Assembly: GCA_965284645.1 (NCBI GenBank)
Contig: OZ260106.1
Span: 2,815,747 to 2,879,746 of the forward strand
Direction: 5' to 3'
Origin: an uncultured Bacteroidia bacterium
Lineage (GTDB): Bacteria > Bacteroidota > Bacteroidia > JAIBAJ01
DNA: 64,000 bases
Below the pieces are notes generated by a model that did not search any database, was not told where the DNA came from, and saw nothing but the letters and a program-made list of their open reading frames with translations. The position numbers and the translations under genes are program-made. Position 1 is the first letter of the stretch. Each line of letters begins with the position of its first letter. Shown piece by piece: positions 39,149-49,547 of the stretch.

Positions 39149-39604
39149 TTAGTCTTGTGTTCTATTTAGCCTAATAGTCAACTTGATAATAGAATCCAGC
39201 ATTTCCACATAGTTGGAGTCATCATCAGAGGTCAAAACATAACTATCGGCATCGGTTTTTTCAATATTAAACCGACCGTTTATGAAGTTATCCAAGACTA
39301 GGTGCATATTCGTTTTGGTTTCCAACTGCCATTCGCCTTCTCGGGTAAAAACTAGGGTATCGTTTACGGTATAGGAGGCAATTACAATATCATTGTTGGC
39401 AAAGTCTAGGCTATACACACATTGGCTTCCTATTACATTGTAGGAAGGGAAAAACAAGGTGCGAGGATCGGCTGAATCCCTGTTCATTTTCAAGCTGGTG
39501 ATACGCCAAGTTCCATCCAAGAAGTTGTCCTCCTCAGTTTTCCTACAGGTACTTAGCAAAAGGATTAACCCTAAGGCAATCGGAATAAACAGCAACTTTT
39601 TCAA
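39149..39604 (-). CDS. Hypothetical lipoprotein (lipocalin-like size)
   Basis: Lipobox LLLSTC. 151 aa. Confidence 0.45.
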   Translation of the reverse strand: MKKLLFIPIALGLILLLSTCRKTEEDNFLDGTWRITSLKMNRDSADPRTLFFPSYNVIGSQCVYSLDFANNDIVIASYTVNDTLVFTREGEWQLETKTNMHLVLDNFINGRFNIEKTDADSYVLTSDDDSNYVEMLDSIIKLTIRLNRTQD

Positions 39605-39720
39605 ACCGCCTAATTTTGTCTCAAAGGAAATAAAAATTTGTTTTCAACAAACTATTAACGTGTAATTAACATAAATAGTTACGAATAAGGGATTGTTTAT
39701 TTCCTAAGCAAAGCCTTGAT

Positions 39721-40176
39721 CTACTTGTGCTGTGCCTCAAATTGGTTGAGTACTTTGGAGGCAAAAAGATAGATTCGTTCAACCATTATTCCGAATCCCA
39801 TCCAGGCAAAAACGTAATCAAGTCGGATATAACCGGCAATATGGAGGCCTTCTTTGTACTCCCATGGGCAACTTCCGGTAAAAACATCCAGCAGCCAGCC
39901 GGTTAGAAATTCAAAGCCAAAAATGACTACAGCATAAAGGAAGGCTCTCAGAAAAATAGTCCATTGTTGGATTTTTTCGATTAACAAGGGTCCCATTAAA
40001 CTGATACAGCCATAAATTGGAAACATCCAAATATAGCTTTGTCCCATTAAGCGCAGAGAAAAAAGCGGCGTTCCGTAGGCTTTTACCGTATCGACAATGG
40101 CCGTAAAAAAAATTTCGGCTGTAATACCGATGCAGCCAAAAAGGATAAAGAGTATTAGACTTTTCTTGAGTTTCAT
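39721..40176 (-). CDS. Small integral membrane protein (possible PF06541 'putative ABC-transporter type IV'-like, CPWEY motif)
   Basis: Four predicted TM helices. A GSCPWEYKEG motif similar to the CPWDY signature of that family. Weak. Confidence 0.4.
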   Translation of the reverse strand: MKLKKSLILFILFGCIGITAEIFFTAIVDTVKAYGTPLFSLRLMGQSYIWMFPIYGCISLMGPLLIEKIQQWTIFLRAFLYAVVIFGFEFLTGWLLDVFTGSCPWEYKEGLHIAGYIRLDYVFAWMGFGIMVERIYLFASKVLNQFEAQHK

Positions 40177-40179
40177 GAA

Positions 40180-40890
40180 TTAAGACACCGCTCCTTCGCG
40201 TTTTCTAATGGTTCGTTGTTCAATTCGTTTCTCGTAGTTTACACCTTGAAAAATGCGTTGAACAAAAATACCTGGGGTGTGGATTTGGTCGGGGTCCAAT
40301 TCGCCAGCAGGAACCAATTCTTCCACTTCGGCAATGGTAATTTTACCGGCCATGGCCATCATCGGATTAAAGTTCCGGGCGGTAGCTTTAAAAATCAAGT
40401 TGCCGTGTACGTCGCCTTTCCAAGCCTTAACAATAGCAAAATCAGCCTTCAACCAGCTTTCCAAAATGTATTTCTTTCCATCGAATTCGCGAACCTCCTT
40501 GCCTTGGGCAACTTCGGTTCCATAGCCAGCCGGAGTGAAAAATGCCGGAATACCTGCACCACCTGCACGGAGACGCTCTGCCAAAGTTCCTTGTGGTATC
40601 AAATCAACTTCGAGTTCGCCCGATAGCAATTGTCTTTCAAACTCTGCATTTTCGCCTACGTAGGACGAGATCATTTTCTTGATTTGGTGGTTTTTAAGCA
40701 ACAAGCCCAAACCAAAATCATCAACCCCAGCATTGTTGGAAATACAGGTCAATTGGTTTACGCCTTTGGCTACGAGGGCCGAAATACAATTTTCTGGAAT
40801 ACCGCAAAGTCCGAAACCACCCAGCATTAAGGTCATACCACTTTCAATGCCCTGAATGGCCACTTCTGCGTTTGCTACCGTTTTATTCAT
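40180..40890 (-). CDS. scoA: 3-oxoacid CoA-transferase subunit A (ScoA/AtoD family)
   Basis: N-terminal ...[30 protein letters not shown]..., characteristic of the CoA-transferase family I alpha subunit. No B subunit adjacent. Confidence 0.75.
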   Translation of the reverse strand: MNKTVANAEVAIQGIESGMTLMLGGFGLCGIPENCISALVAKGVNQLTCISNNAGVDDFGLGLLLKNHQIKKMISSYVGENAEFERQLLSGELEVDLIPQGTLAERLRAGGAGIPAFFTPAGYGTEVAQGKEVREFDGKKYILESWLKADFAIVKAWKGDVHGNLIFKATARNFNPMMAMAGKITIAEVEELVPAGELDPDQIHTPGIFVQRIFQGVNYEKRIEQRTIRKREGAVS

Positions 40891-41392
40891 GCCACAAAAA
40901 TAAGAGGCTTACCGGCAATCTGCTAATAATTTTATTGGACCGCTATAAAATTGTCATTTCCTTGAAAAACAGTCTTTTGGAAATTTTCATTTTCCTTAGT
41001 GTGGACAATGAATTGGAAAAGTTGAACTTGAAATATGTTTCAATTTGTTCCTAGCGTTGGGAAGAGGGAAGTTGAAAACTTAAGCGAAGGTCCTGAAAAT
41101 TAAATTTCAATCCCGTTTAGGCTTTAGAAAAAGTGTAATGTTTTGAATTGGAATTTAAATAATGATTTCAGGGTTTAGTCTGTATAGCTGAATTATAAAT
41201 TATAGAATAGGATATGGGAATGGATTCATTTGAGGTGAAGCGGTGCGGTTTGTCTTTTCTAACACGTCTAGATTTCGCCCGTCTGGTGCGCAAGGTGATT
41301 GCTAGTTGTATTTAAATCTATGCCCCTGCTGCAACTAAAGGTGCTAAGAAAGTTAAGTTATTTCAGGTTTATTTTACTCTCAAATTTATCCA

Positions 41393-41545
41393 TGGGAGGA
41401 TTTATTAATCCGATTGGTCTGATATAGCTGGGTTGCATCTTTTGGAGTATTTTGGGATAGCAGTTGGGTTTCATAAAGACATACAGATTGCAAAACAACT
41501 GGACCATTGTTAAAGCCTTAGAAATACGTAACCTGGGTTCAAAAA
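41393..41545 (-). repeat. Mosaic repeat locus 6: degenerate module A (minus) in the 5' leader region of the cysteine desulfurase gene
   Basis: GGGAGGATTTATTAATCCGA...GGGATAGCAGTTGGG...ACAACTGG...CCTTAGAAATACGTAACCTGGGTT aligns with block-wise identity to A(-) at 43972-44150. Confidence 0.55.
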
Positions 41546-41605
41546 CCTTTGCAAATTGGAACATGATTCTTATTATGAAAAATAAATTTACAAATCCTTC
41601 TACCT

Positions 41606-42769
41606 TTGCCCCAAATTACAACCATGCAAGTTTATTTAGACAATGCAGCCACAACGCCCCTCGACAAAGAGGTGTTGGAGGCCATGCTTCCTTACATGTC
41701 TGAACATTTCGGAAATCCTTCCTCTATCCATAGTTACGGACGAAAAACGCGGTCTGCCATTGAACAGGCCCGAAAATCGGTAGCCAACTACCTGCATGTG
41801 TCACCCTCCGAAATTTTTTTCACTTCGGGCGGTACCGAGGCTAACAATACAGCTATTCAATGCAGTATTTATGACCTCAATATCAAGCATGCCATTTCAT
41901 CGCCCATCGAGCACCATGCCGTTACCCATACCTTGGAAGCTATGGAAAAACGAGGGGTAATAAAATTGAGTTGGGTAAATATTCTACCCGACGGACATGT
42001 GGATTTGGAAAGCCTAGAGCACTTGCTGGCAACCAACGAAAGAAGCTTTATTTCCTTGATGCATGCCAACAATGAAATCGGCAATCTTTTGAATTTGAAC
42101 AGGGTTTCAGAACTGGCCCAACAATACAATGCCATTTTGCATACCGATACGGTGCAAACTATGGGGCATTATGGCTTTAACTTGCAGGAGACCAAGGTTC
42201 ATTTTTTAAGTTGTGCGGCTCATAAATTTCATGGTCCTAAAGGTGTGGGCTTTTTGTATGTGAATTCCGAAATCAAGATCAATCCTTTGATATACGGTGG
42301 AGCCCAGGAGCGCAACATGCGTGGCGGAACCGAAAATTTGTATGGCATTATTGGATTAGCCAAAGCTCTAGAAATTGCCAATGCCCACCAGCAAGAGCAT
42401 ATCGACCATATTTTAGGTTTAAAAAACTACATGATTGAGCGGCTCGAATCCTTATTTCCAGATGTGAAGTTTAACGGCGATGCCAAAGGGAAATCCTTGT
42501 ATACCGTATTAAACGTTTCTTTGCCGCCCAGCGAAAAGGCCGAAATGCTGTTGTTCAGTTTAGATATTTGCGGCATAGCGGCTTCAGGCGGAAGTGCGTG
42601 CAGCAGTGGTACCGAAATAGGTTCCCATGTGTTGCGTGCCTTACATGCCGATCCGAGTCGTCCTTCGGTTCGTTTTTCGTTCAGCAAATTTACCACCAAA
42701 GAAGAAATCGATTATACCATAGACCAACTTGCTCGCATATACGAGGTAGAGGCGGTTTCCCATTCCTAG
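41606..42769 (+). CDS. iscS: Cysteine desulfurase, group I (IscS/NifS-like), PLP-dependent
   Basis: Class V aminotransferase fold. PLP-Lys context SCAAHKFHGPKGVG. Group I active-site loop SGGSACSSG. Confidence 0.8.
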   Translation: MPQITTMQVYLDNAATTPLDKEVLEAMLPYMSEHFGNPSSIHSYGRKTRSAIEQARKSVANYLHVSPSEIFFTSGGTEANNTAIQCSIYDLNIKHAISSPIEHHAVTHTLEAMEKRGVIKLSWVNILPDGHVDLESLEHLLATNERSFISLMHANNEIGNLLNLNRVSELAQQYNAILHTDTVQTMGHYGFNLQETKVHFLSCAAHKFHGPKGVGFLYVNSEIKINPLIYGGAQERNMRGGTENLYGIIGLAKALEIANAHQQEHIDHILGLKNYMIERLESLFPDVKFNGDAKGKSLYTVLNVSLPPSEKAEMLLFSLDICGIAASGGSACSSGTEIGSHVLRALHADPSRPSVRFSFSKFTTKEEIDYTIDQLARIYEVEAVSHS

Positions 42770-42776
42770 TTTACCC

Positions 42777-43619
42777 ATGATTGTCAGTGAAAACGGTGTG
42801 CTTTGTCCGGCCACCAGTGTACGTTTCGGAATTACCAACCGATCCTTTCGCTACGGCGATGGTTGTTTTGAGTCCATTCGTTTGGTAAATGGGAAGGCAC
42901 CTTTTTTAAAATACCATTTCAATCGCCTTAGCGAAACCACCGATGTGTTAAAGTTGGAATTGCCAGCCAGTTTCACCCACGATTATTTCGAAAAGCAGAT
43001 CCAGGCTTTAGCAGAGGCCAATAATTTAGCGGAGGGCGGCTACATTCGTCTTACCGTTTTTAGGCACGACGGTGGTTTTTACCTGCCGGGAGCCAACAAT
43101 GCCTCTTTTGTGATGGAGGCTTATTCTTTGGACCACAATCATTTTCAGTGCAATACCAATGGGTTGACGCTTGGATTGTTTCAAGAAATTCCCAAGCCCA
43201 AGGGTTTATTGGCCAATTTTAAAACCAACAATTCCTTGGTTTATGTGTTGGCTTCCATTTATTGCAAAGAGCATGGCTTAGACGATTGTTTGTTGGTAAA
43301 CGAGGACGGAAACATAGTTGAATCAACCAATTCCAATGTATTTATGCTGCTTGATGGCGAAATTATAACACCTCCTTTGTCCGAGGGCTGTTTAGGTGGG
43401 GTGGCACGTAAGGTATTGCTCGATTTGTTGCAGGAAAAGGGGGAGGATGTTTACGAGCGGGCCATTTCCGTAGAGCAAGCCATGAGGGCGGAGGAAATAA
43501 TCGTTACCAATGCCGTTCGCGGTCCCCGTTGGACCCAAGGACTTGGTCAGGGCCAAATGAATCGCACCCAGCAATGGAATCGTTGGTTAAATGAAAGGGT
43601 AGGGGTGAAGGTAGGGTAA
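42777..43619 (+). CDS. Class IV aminotransferase family protein (aminodeoxychorismate lyase PabC-like / BCAT-like)
   Basis: 280 aa. FRYGDGCFESIR, the catalytic-Lys region and ExTxSNVF-type block (VESTNSNVFML) typical of PLP fold-type IV. Confidence 0.7.
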   Translation: MIVSENGVLCPATSVRFGITNRSFRYGDGCFESIRLVNGKAPFLKYHFNRLSETTDVLKLELPASFTHDYFEKQIQALAEANNLAEGGYIRLTVFRHDGGFYLPGANNASFVMEAYSLDHNHFQCNTNGLTLGLFQEIPKPKGLLANFKTNNSLVYVLASIYCKEHGLDDCLLVNEDGNIVESTNSNVFMLLDGEIITPPLSEGCLGGVARKVLLDLLQEKGEDVYERAISVEQAMRAEEIIVTNAVRGPRWTQGLGQGQMNRTQQWNRWLNERVGVKVG

Positions 43620-43635
43620 GTTGCTGGATGCTATC

Positions 43636-44560
43636 CATTTCTATTTTCTATTTTCTATTTTCTAATTTCTCATTTTTTCCCCAATTTTTAATTTTTAATT
43701 CGCTAATTTTTAATTTATTAGGCGGGCTCCCTTTCGCCCAAATACAGCTTTTTCCTTTGAAACAATTTATTCTGCTAGGGCTCAAGGGCCACGCTATCGC
43801 CCATACTCCTCGGTCTGCTCCGTTCCTCCGCAGCCCTGTGGGGTATTTGGCTCTATCGTTGCCCGGACCCTTGCCTAAGTTTTGGTGGGTGGAAAAAAGT
43901 TTTGGAGCTGCTTGGGCTGGGGTGATTTTGGGGGCAGAGCCAGTAAGTGAATTTACCGAAAAATACTTCTTAAACCCAAATTAATCAATAGGAGGATTTA
44001 TTAATCCGAACTACTTGATTTAGTTGGGTTTACCCCTCCCGAAGAAATTTCGGGATAGCAGTTGTTATCAATTTGGCCATACAAATGGATTTACAACTGG
44101 TTAATCGTTTATGCATTTCTAATGCGTAATCTGGGTTAAACCCAAATTCAGCATTAGAAATCTATTACAGCTTCCAACTGCTTCAAATACAAGGATTTCA
44201 GAACAATTTTTGACTTCAAAATAGTTTACTATTCCTTCACCCAAAAATTAACCTGAAACCCTCGTCTTTATTGCATTTGAAAGCTTCATTTCGATTTCTA
44301 ATGCGTAATCTGGGTTTAAACCACCAAAACCCAAGTACCAGCACGCACTTTCCGGGCAGGGATAGCAGCGGAAAACCCACAGCGGCCTGAGCGTAAGCGA
44401 AAGGCGCGAGGATTTGCAGCGAATAGCCCGACCTGAACGCCACTTGCACCATGCTTGGACTCAGGGAAAAGTTTTTGTGGCGGAAGGGCACGCATAAGTA
44501 ATTAAAAATTAGGGAATTAAAAATTAAGAATTAGAAAAGAGAAGAGAGAAAAGAGTTTCT
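43636..44560. repeat. Mosaic repeat locus 7: ~0.9-kb imperfect palindromic assembly bounded by ~70-bp AT-rich inverted repeats (IR-L, B-, A-, A fragments, B+, IR-R)
   Basis: IR-L, 43636-43712: tandem heptamers CTATTTT x3-4, then TAATTTTTAATTCGCTAATTTTTAATTTATTA. B(-) at 43712-43870 and A(-) at 43972-44150. A-terminus fragments at 44157-44172 and 44294-44322. B(+) at 44352-44485. IR-R, 44490-44560: AATTAAAAATTAGGGAATTAAAAATTAAGAATTAGAAAAGAGAAGAGAG is the reverse-complement counterpart of IR-L. Confidence 0.8.
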
Positions 44561-44566
44561 CTGGAA

Positions 44567-45472
44567 TTAGGGTTCAAAGGCATCTAAAACGGGTTTGCCA
44601 TCCCAACAGCTTGGAATTTGAAGTCCGAAAAGATGGGCTAGGGTAGCGCCGGTATCAATAGTTACAACCGATTTGCTTTTCAAGGTATGGTTTTTCTTGA
44701 TTCCAGGACCTTGGATTATCCATGGAATGTTCATTTCTCCTTCTGTTATCCATCCATGGTGTTTGCCCCGTCCGCCATGGTCGGCTGTAAGAATTATGGT
44801 GGTTTGCTCAAAAATACCATTTCGTTTTAAGGCCGCTATAACCTCCCCCACCAATGAATCGACCTTTTCTACATCTTTATAATACAGCGGGGTTTTATGG
44901 CCATAGGTATGTCCGGCATGATCTACATTATCAAAATGCAAAAACAATAAATCGGGCATGCCTTGCTCAATGGTTTGAATGGCCCAATAAGCGGTACTAT
45001 CTTCGGTTTTGGTACATTTTGCAAAACTTATATCTTTCGGGTTGACAAGTCGGTTGTACTCATCCCAATGGTGCAATAACACAATTTTCTTATCCGGTTT
45101 TTGCTCGTGCAACAGGGTATAAACGGAAGGCCATAATTGTCCGGCGGGTCTACCACAATAGGCCTTTTTGGTAGCCTTTTCCATACTAAATCCATTTTTG
45201 GGAATATGTGTCTTTCTGGGCTTGGCTCCCATAATCATGCTGGCCCAATTTGGACTGCTCGAACTTGGGTAAATGCACCTAGCTTTAAACGTATAACTCC
45301 CGTTTTCCCATAGTTTTTTGATATTGGGCGCATTGGCTTTCGGAAAGGCATAGCCACCCAACCCGTCGATTCCGATAAGTAAAACATAGTTGCCCCCATT
45401 GCGGGTTTGAGCCAAAATGGAAGAAATGTTAATAAATGCTGAAAAAAACAAAAAAATTAAAAATTTAATCAT
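44567..45472 (-). CDS. Type I phosphodiesterase / nucleotide pyrophosphatase (alkaline-phosphatase superfamily, NPP-like), secreted
   Basis: Signal peptide (internal Met start MIKFLIFLFF preferred). Metal-ligand blocks LLIGIDGLGGYA, HFDNVDHAGHTYG, LTADHGG. Confidence 0.8.
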   Translation of the reverse strand: MIKFLIFLFFSAFINISSILAQTRNGGNYVLLIGIDGLGGYAFPKANAPNIKKLWENGSYTFKARCIYPSSSSPNWASMIMGAKPRKTHIPKNGFSMEKATKKAYCGRPAGQLWPSVYTLLHEQKPDKKIVLLHHWDEYNRLVNPKDISFAKCTKTEDSTAYWAIQTIEQGMPDLLFLHFDNVDHAGHTYGHKTPLYYKDVEKVDSLVGEVIAALKRNGIFEQTTIILTADHGGRGKHHGWITEGEMNIPWIIQGPGIKKNHTLKSKSVVTIDTGATLAHLFGLQIPSCWDGKPVLDAFEP

Positions 45473-45523
45473 GTGAAGTGGTTGTGATAAAAAATATATT
45501 TGACCGCCTGCAATTATATCGAT

Positions 45524-47176
45524 ATGTTTATTCCCAAAGCTCAAAATTGGATAATAATTTTATTTTTCCTTTTTAAGCCTTTCTTGAGTTTCGCCCAGAA
45601 CATTACCCATGGTCCTGTTGTTGGTGGATTGACCGATTCGCAGGCTAGAATTTATGTAAGAACCTCAAAACCAATGCCTGGTAAATTGGTTTTGGAAAAT
45701 GAAGGGCAAAAGTTAAGTTGGAATTTTACTACCACAACCGAAAGAGATAATGCCACCATAATTGATGTGGATGGATTAAAATCGAATGCATTGTATACCA
45801 TTCAATTCTTTTTCGGTTCAGACAAACCTGACTCTTTGGGAGGTTCCTTTACCACTTTTCCCAAACCTGGTGAAGCAGGCAATTATGTGTTTGTTACCGG
45901 TTCGTGCCAAGAGTCGGAGAATATGAAAACCTTTGACCGGATGGCCGAACTCAAACCAAGGATGATGATTCATACGGGTGATTTTACCTATCCTAGTTAT
46001 CAGATGGGAGATGAGTATCCATTTACATATGCCTCTGTGCAAGAATCTTTTAGAAGACGTTACCAAGAGAAAAGAATGAAGGAAATGCTTCGATCGGTGC
46101 CCATTGCTTATATTGCAGATGATGACGATGGTTGGGGTTGTGCCTATGAAGAAGGGTCGGCTGGGGTGAGGGTTGAAATGCAACAAAGAGGCAAGAAGAA
46201 AAAGAAAGCGATTGTCAACAAGCTTTATTCTACCAAATATTCGCAGTTGGAGCGAACCAATTGCAAAAGAGGTTATGTGGAGAATTTTCCGGGGTATGCT
46301 TTAGTCGATAGTTCGGATGGTTTCTATCATTCGTTTGTGATGGGCAATTGTGAATTTATTTTTTTGGATACCCGCTTTACGGCTGATTTGAATTACCGAA
46401 ACTTTAAATACGATAGTCTTAAAAACCATTGGACCTTCGAGCCAGATAGCAATGTAAGGTTGATTTCAAAAAAACAAATGGAATGGGCCAAGCGAAAACT
46501 AAAGGAATCAAAAGCTGATTGGAAATTTTTTGTTTGTGGATTGCCATTTAACCAAAACTTAAAACACCTGATTGATTTAGGGATTAAAACCCAAGATATT
46601 ATTGCGGGAGATGCTGGGGAAAAAGGAACAGGTTTCCGCATTGCTAGTTCATTTTCACAGTATTGGGCGGGGTTTCCCTATCAATCCAAGGAAATACTGG
46701 ATTGGCTTAAAAACAACAGCATAAAAGATGTAATTGTGATTAGTGGTGATACCCACCACAATGTGATGGACGATGGAACCAACGGAGGTTTGCCCGAAAT
46801 AAATGCCAGTGGTTTGGCCGTTGCTGGAACCCATTTGGCTTATTATATGAACAAGTTTTGCAAATTGATGGGGTATCCGAGGTACGATAAATTTGTTTGG
46901 AACCATGGAGGTGGGGGATTGAAAGGAAACAAGAATTTCAAAAATCAATTTGGGAAGATAGAAGTGATGGGAAAAGAAAAGGTAAGGATGAGTGTGGTAG
47001 ATGAAAACAACTTGACCTTAGCTGTAATGGATATCCCGCATTCCAGCCTAAATATTGAACCTAAAAAGAAACCGCATTATTTTAAAAAATTGGAAAGACG
47101 TTATTCAAGAGCTAGACCAACTGCTTGGATAGGGTTTGCCAAATTTATTGCCCGCATTCTGTTTAAACAATCTTAA
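45524..47176 (+). CDS. PhoD-like alkaline phosphatase/phosphodiesterase (PhoD_N + metallophosphatase domains)
   Basis: Signal peptide (start taken at MFIPKAQNW). N-terminal PhoD_N-like beta domain. HTGDFTYP and GDTHHNV metallophosphatase blocks. Divergent from the NPP gene. Confidence 0.65.
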   Translation: MFIPKAQNWIIILFFLFKPFLSFAQNITHGPVVGGLTDSQARIYVRTSKPMPGKLVLENEGQKLSWNFTTTTERDNATIIDVDGLKSNALYTIQFFFGSDKPDSLGGSFTTFPKPGEAGNYVFVTGSCQESENMKTFDRMAELKPRMMIHTGDFTYPSYQMGDEYPFTYASVQESFRRRYQEKRMKEMLRSVPIAYIADDDDGWGCAYEEGSAGVRVEMQQRGKKKKKAIVNKLYSTKYSQLERTNCKRGYVENFPGYALVDSSDGFYHSFVMGNCEFIFLDTRFTADLNYRNFKYDSLKNHWTFEPDSNVRLISKKQMEWAKRKLKESKADWKFFVCGLPFNQNLKHLIDLGIKTQDIIAGDAGEKGTGFRIASSFSQYWAGFPYQSKEILDWLKNNSIKDVIVISGDTHHNVMDDGTNGGLPEINASGLAVAGTHLAYYMNKFCKLMGYPRYDKFVWNHGGGGLKGNKNFKNQFGKIEVMGKEKVRMSVVDENNLTLAVMDIPHSSLNIEPKKKPHYFKKLERRYSRARPTAWIGFAKFIARILFKQS

Positions 47177-47205
47177 TTTAACCTTAACCTGTAATCTACC
47201 AAATC

Positions 47206-49530
47206 GTGTCTGAAATGAAAAAAATCGTACTTTTTTCTTGTCTATTTTTTGTAACATCCTTATTAACTGCCCAAAACGGAATCATAAACGGTTTCGTAAA
47301 AGACAAATCCAATGGGGATAAACTCACCGGAGTTGTAATTGCAGTGGATGGCGTTGCCAAAGAGGTAACAGGATTGGATGGTGATTTCAAATTAAACCTC
47401 AAAGAAGGCGAACATACCTTGAAATTTACCTATTTGGGATTTGAAGCCGTGGAAAAGAAAGTTACCGTAAAAGCAAAAGATATCCAAACCTTAACCATAC
47501 AATTATCGGGTGCTAAAAGTCTTTTGAATATGGTAGTTATCTCTTCCAGCCAATATGAAAAAGATTTAGCTAGGGAAAACGTTTCCGTTGAAGTTTTGTC
47601 AAAAGCCCAAATCAAAAACACCAATTCTATCGATTTATCCGAAACGGTGAACCGTGTGGCTGGGGTGCAGGTGCAGGATGGACAGGTTAGTATTCGGGGT
47701 GGTAGCTCTTATTCTTATGGAGTAGGGTCTAGGACAGCTGTTATGGTGGATGGTTTGACCATTGCCAGTGCCGACTTGGGGATGAACCAATGGTCTTTTG
47801 CACCGATTGAAAATGCCGAACAGGTTGAAGTGATAAAAGGTGCATCTTCGGTAGTTTATGGAAGTTCGGCTCTGAATGGGGTAATCAATATGAGGACCGC
47901 TTGGCCAAAATCAGAACCAGAAACAGAAATAACCGCGTTTTCGCAGGTTTTTGGAGTTCCAGAAAATGAATTAATGCGTTGGTGGCCTGAAGGAACAGCG
48001 CCAAGCAATTCAGGTTTGAGTTTTTCTCACAAACAAAAATTCGGAAATTTGGATTTCGTTTCAGGTGGTAATCTGTTTATTTCCAATAGTTACCTCGACC
48101 AAGGTGGAGCTGTTCGAGGACGAATTGATATTAAAACAAGATTTAACAGCAAGAAAAAACCAGGACTTCAGTACGGATTGGATATCAATTGGCAAAGGGA
48201 AAACAACGGACTCTTTTTTCTTTCTAAGGACCTTTCTGACAGCGCCTATTTAGCAGGCAGTTGGTCAGACAATAGGTATATGCAAACCTATATTGACCCG
48301 CATTTAACCTATGCTGGAACAAATGGTGCTAAACACATCCTTCGATTCCGTTATTTAAATGTATTCCGTTGGGGAAATGGGGTAGATCCAAACGCGAATT
48401 CACATTCCATAAACGGAGACTACCAGTTTCAAAAGAAATTTAAGGAAAGGGCTGTTCTTACTACGGGTTTACCTTTTAATATGGGTTTTTCTCGCAGTAA
48501 CTTGTATGAAGGTTTACGGTTGAGTTATTTTGGAGCGGCTTATGCCCAAGGGGAGTACTTTGTAGGCAAAAGGTTTACAGCTACTGCAGGACTAAGGTAT
48601 GAAATCAATGGTATTGATTCCTATGTGCAGTGGGGTATTCCAGTATTCCGTTCTGGAATCAACTACCAAATAGCCAAAGCAACTTTCCTCAGAGCTTCCT
48701 ACGGACAATCCTACCGCCAACCTACTATTGGCGAGAGGTTTGTAGATGCAAGTTTCTCCATTTTGAAAATTGTTCCCAACCCTGATTTGCAAGTTGAAAA
48801 AGGATGGAGTGCTGAAATTGGTATGAAACAAGGATTCCGAATTGGGAATTTTAATGCCTTGTTGGATGCAGCCTTTTTTTGGCAACAGTATGACAAGTTT
48901 GTAGAATACCGTTTTGGAATCTACAATTATAAAGGAGTTATGGGACAGGATACCTCAAGTTTTGGTTTAAAACCGTTTAATGTTGCTGGGGCAAGAATTG
49001 CCGGATACGAAGTTGGTATAATGGGAGAAGGAAATATTGGAAAGGTAAATATCCGGGTAATGGGTGGTTATACCTATACTTTCCCTGGCGATTTAGATTC
49101 GAACTCTACAGTGAAAAATGCTGGTAAATATTTAGCTGATTTCTTCAAATATTCTACCAAAAGAATTGATAGTGCCTATGCCTACAACAATACGCTTCAA
49201 TTTAGAAACCGCCATTTGGTAAGAGGTGATATCGAGATTAGTTACAAAAAATTCTCGGTTGGATACACCATTTATTACGGCAGTTTTCCGGAGAAAATCC
49301 CTCAAATCTTCTACTTATTGGATGGTTTCTTAAATTACAACTACTACGATTACCAAAAGAAACATATCAAGGGTGATTTGGTAATGGATATTCGCGCTGG
49401 GTATGAGATCACTCCTAAAGTTAGACTTGGTTTTGTTTGCAAAAACTTAACGAATCATTTATATTCTACCAGACCGGGTATTATGGAGGCGCCAAGGAAT
49501 TTTACACTTCAACTGCGTTATAAAATCTAA
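47206..49530 (+). CDS. TonB-dependent outer-membrane receptor with N-terminal carboxypeptidase-regulatory-like domain
   Basis: Signal peptide. CarbopepD_reg-like N-terminus (GIINGFVKDKSNGDKLTGVVIAV). Plug domain (VEVIKGASSVVYGSSALNGVINM). Beta-barrel ending in aromatic ...LQLRYKI. Confidence 0.8.
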   Translation: MSEMKKIVLFSCLFFVTSLLTAQNGIINGFVKDKSNGDKLTGVVIAVDGVAKEVTGLDGDFKLNLKEGEHTLKFTYLGFEAVEKKVTVKAKDIQTLTIQLSGAKSLLNMVVISSSQYEKDLARENVSVEVLSKAQIKNTNSIDLSETVNRVAGVQVQDGQVSIRGGSSYSYGVGSRTAVMVDGLTIASADLGMNQWSFAPIENAEQVEVIKGASSVVYGSSALNGVINMRTAWPKSEPETEITAFSQVFGVPENELMRWWPEGTAPSNSGLSFSHKQKFGNLDFVSGGNLFISNSYLDQGGAVRGRIDIKTRFNSKKKPGLQYGLDINWQRENNGLFFLSKDLSDSAYLAGSWSDNRYMQTYIDPHLTYAGTNGAKHILRFRYLNVFRWGNGVDPNANSHSINGDYQFQKKFKERAVLTTGLPFNMGFSRSNLYEGLRLSYFGAAYAQGEYFVGKRFTATAGLRYEINGIDSYVQWGIPVFRSGINYQIAKATFLRASYGQSYRQPTIGERFVDASFSILKIVPNPDLQVEKGWSAEIGMKQGFRIGNFNALLDAAFFWQQYDKFVEYRFGIYNYKGVMGQDTSSFGLKPFNVAGARIAGYEVGIMGEGNIGKVNIRVMGGYTYTFPGDLDSNSTVKNAGKYLADFFKYSTKRIDSAYAYNNTLQFRNRHLVRGDIEISYKKFSVGYTIYYGSFPEKIPQIFYLLDGFLNYNYYDYQKKHIKGDLVMDIRAGYEITPKVRLGFVCKNLTNHLYSTRPGIMEAPRNFTLQLRYKI

Positions 49531-49547
49531 TTTTTTACCGGTTCAAG

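Noticed and set aside
43636-43668. Tandem CTATTTT heptamers, considered as a possible CRISPR or other spaced array
   Set aside because: Only 3-4 contiguous 7-bp units with no spacers. It is part of the AT-rich inverted-repeat cap of the palindromic repeat locus, not a CRISPR.
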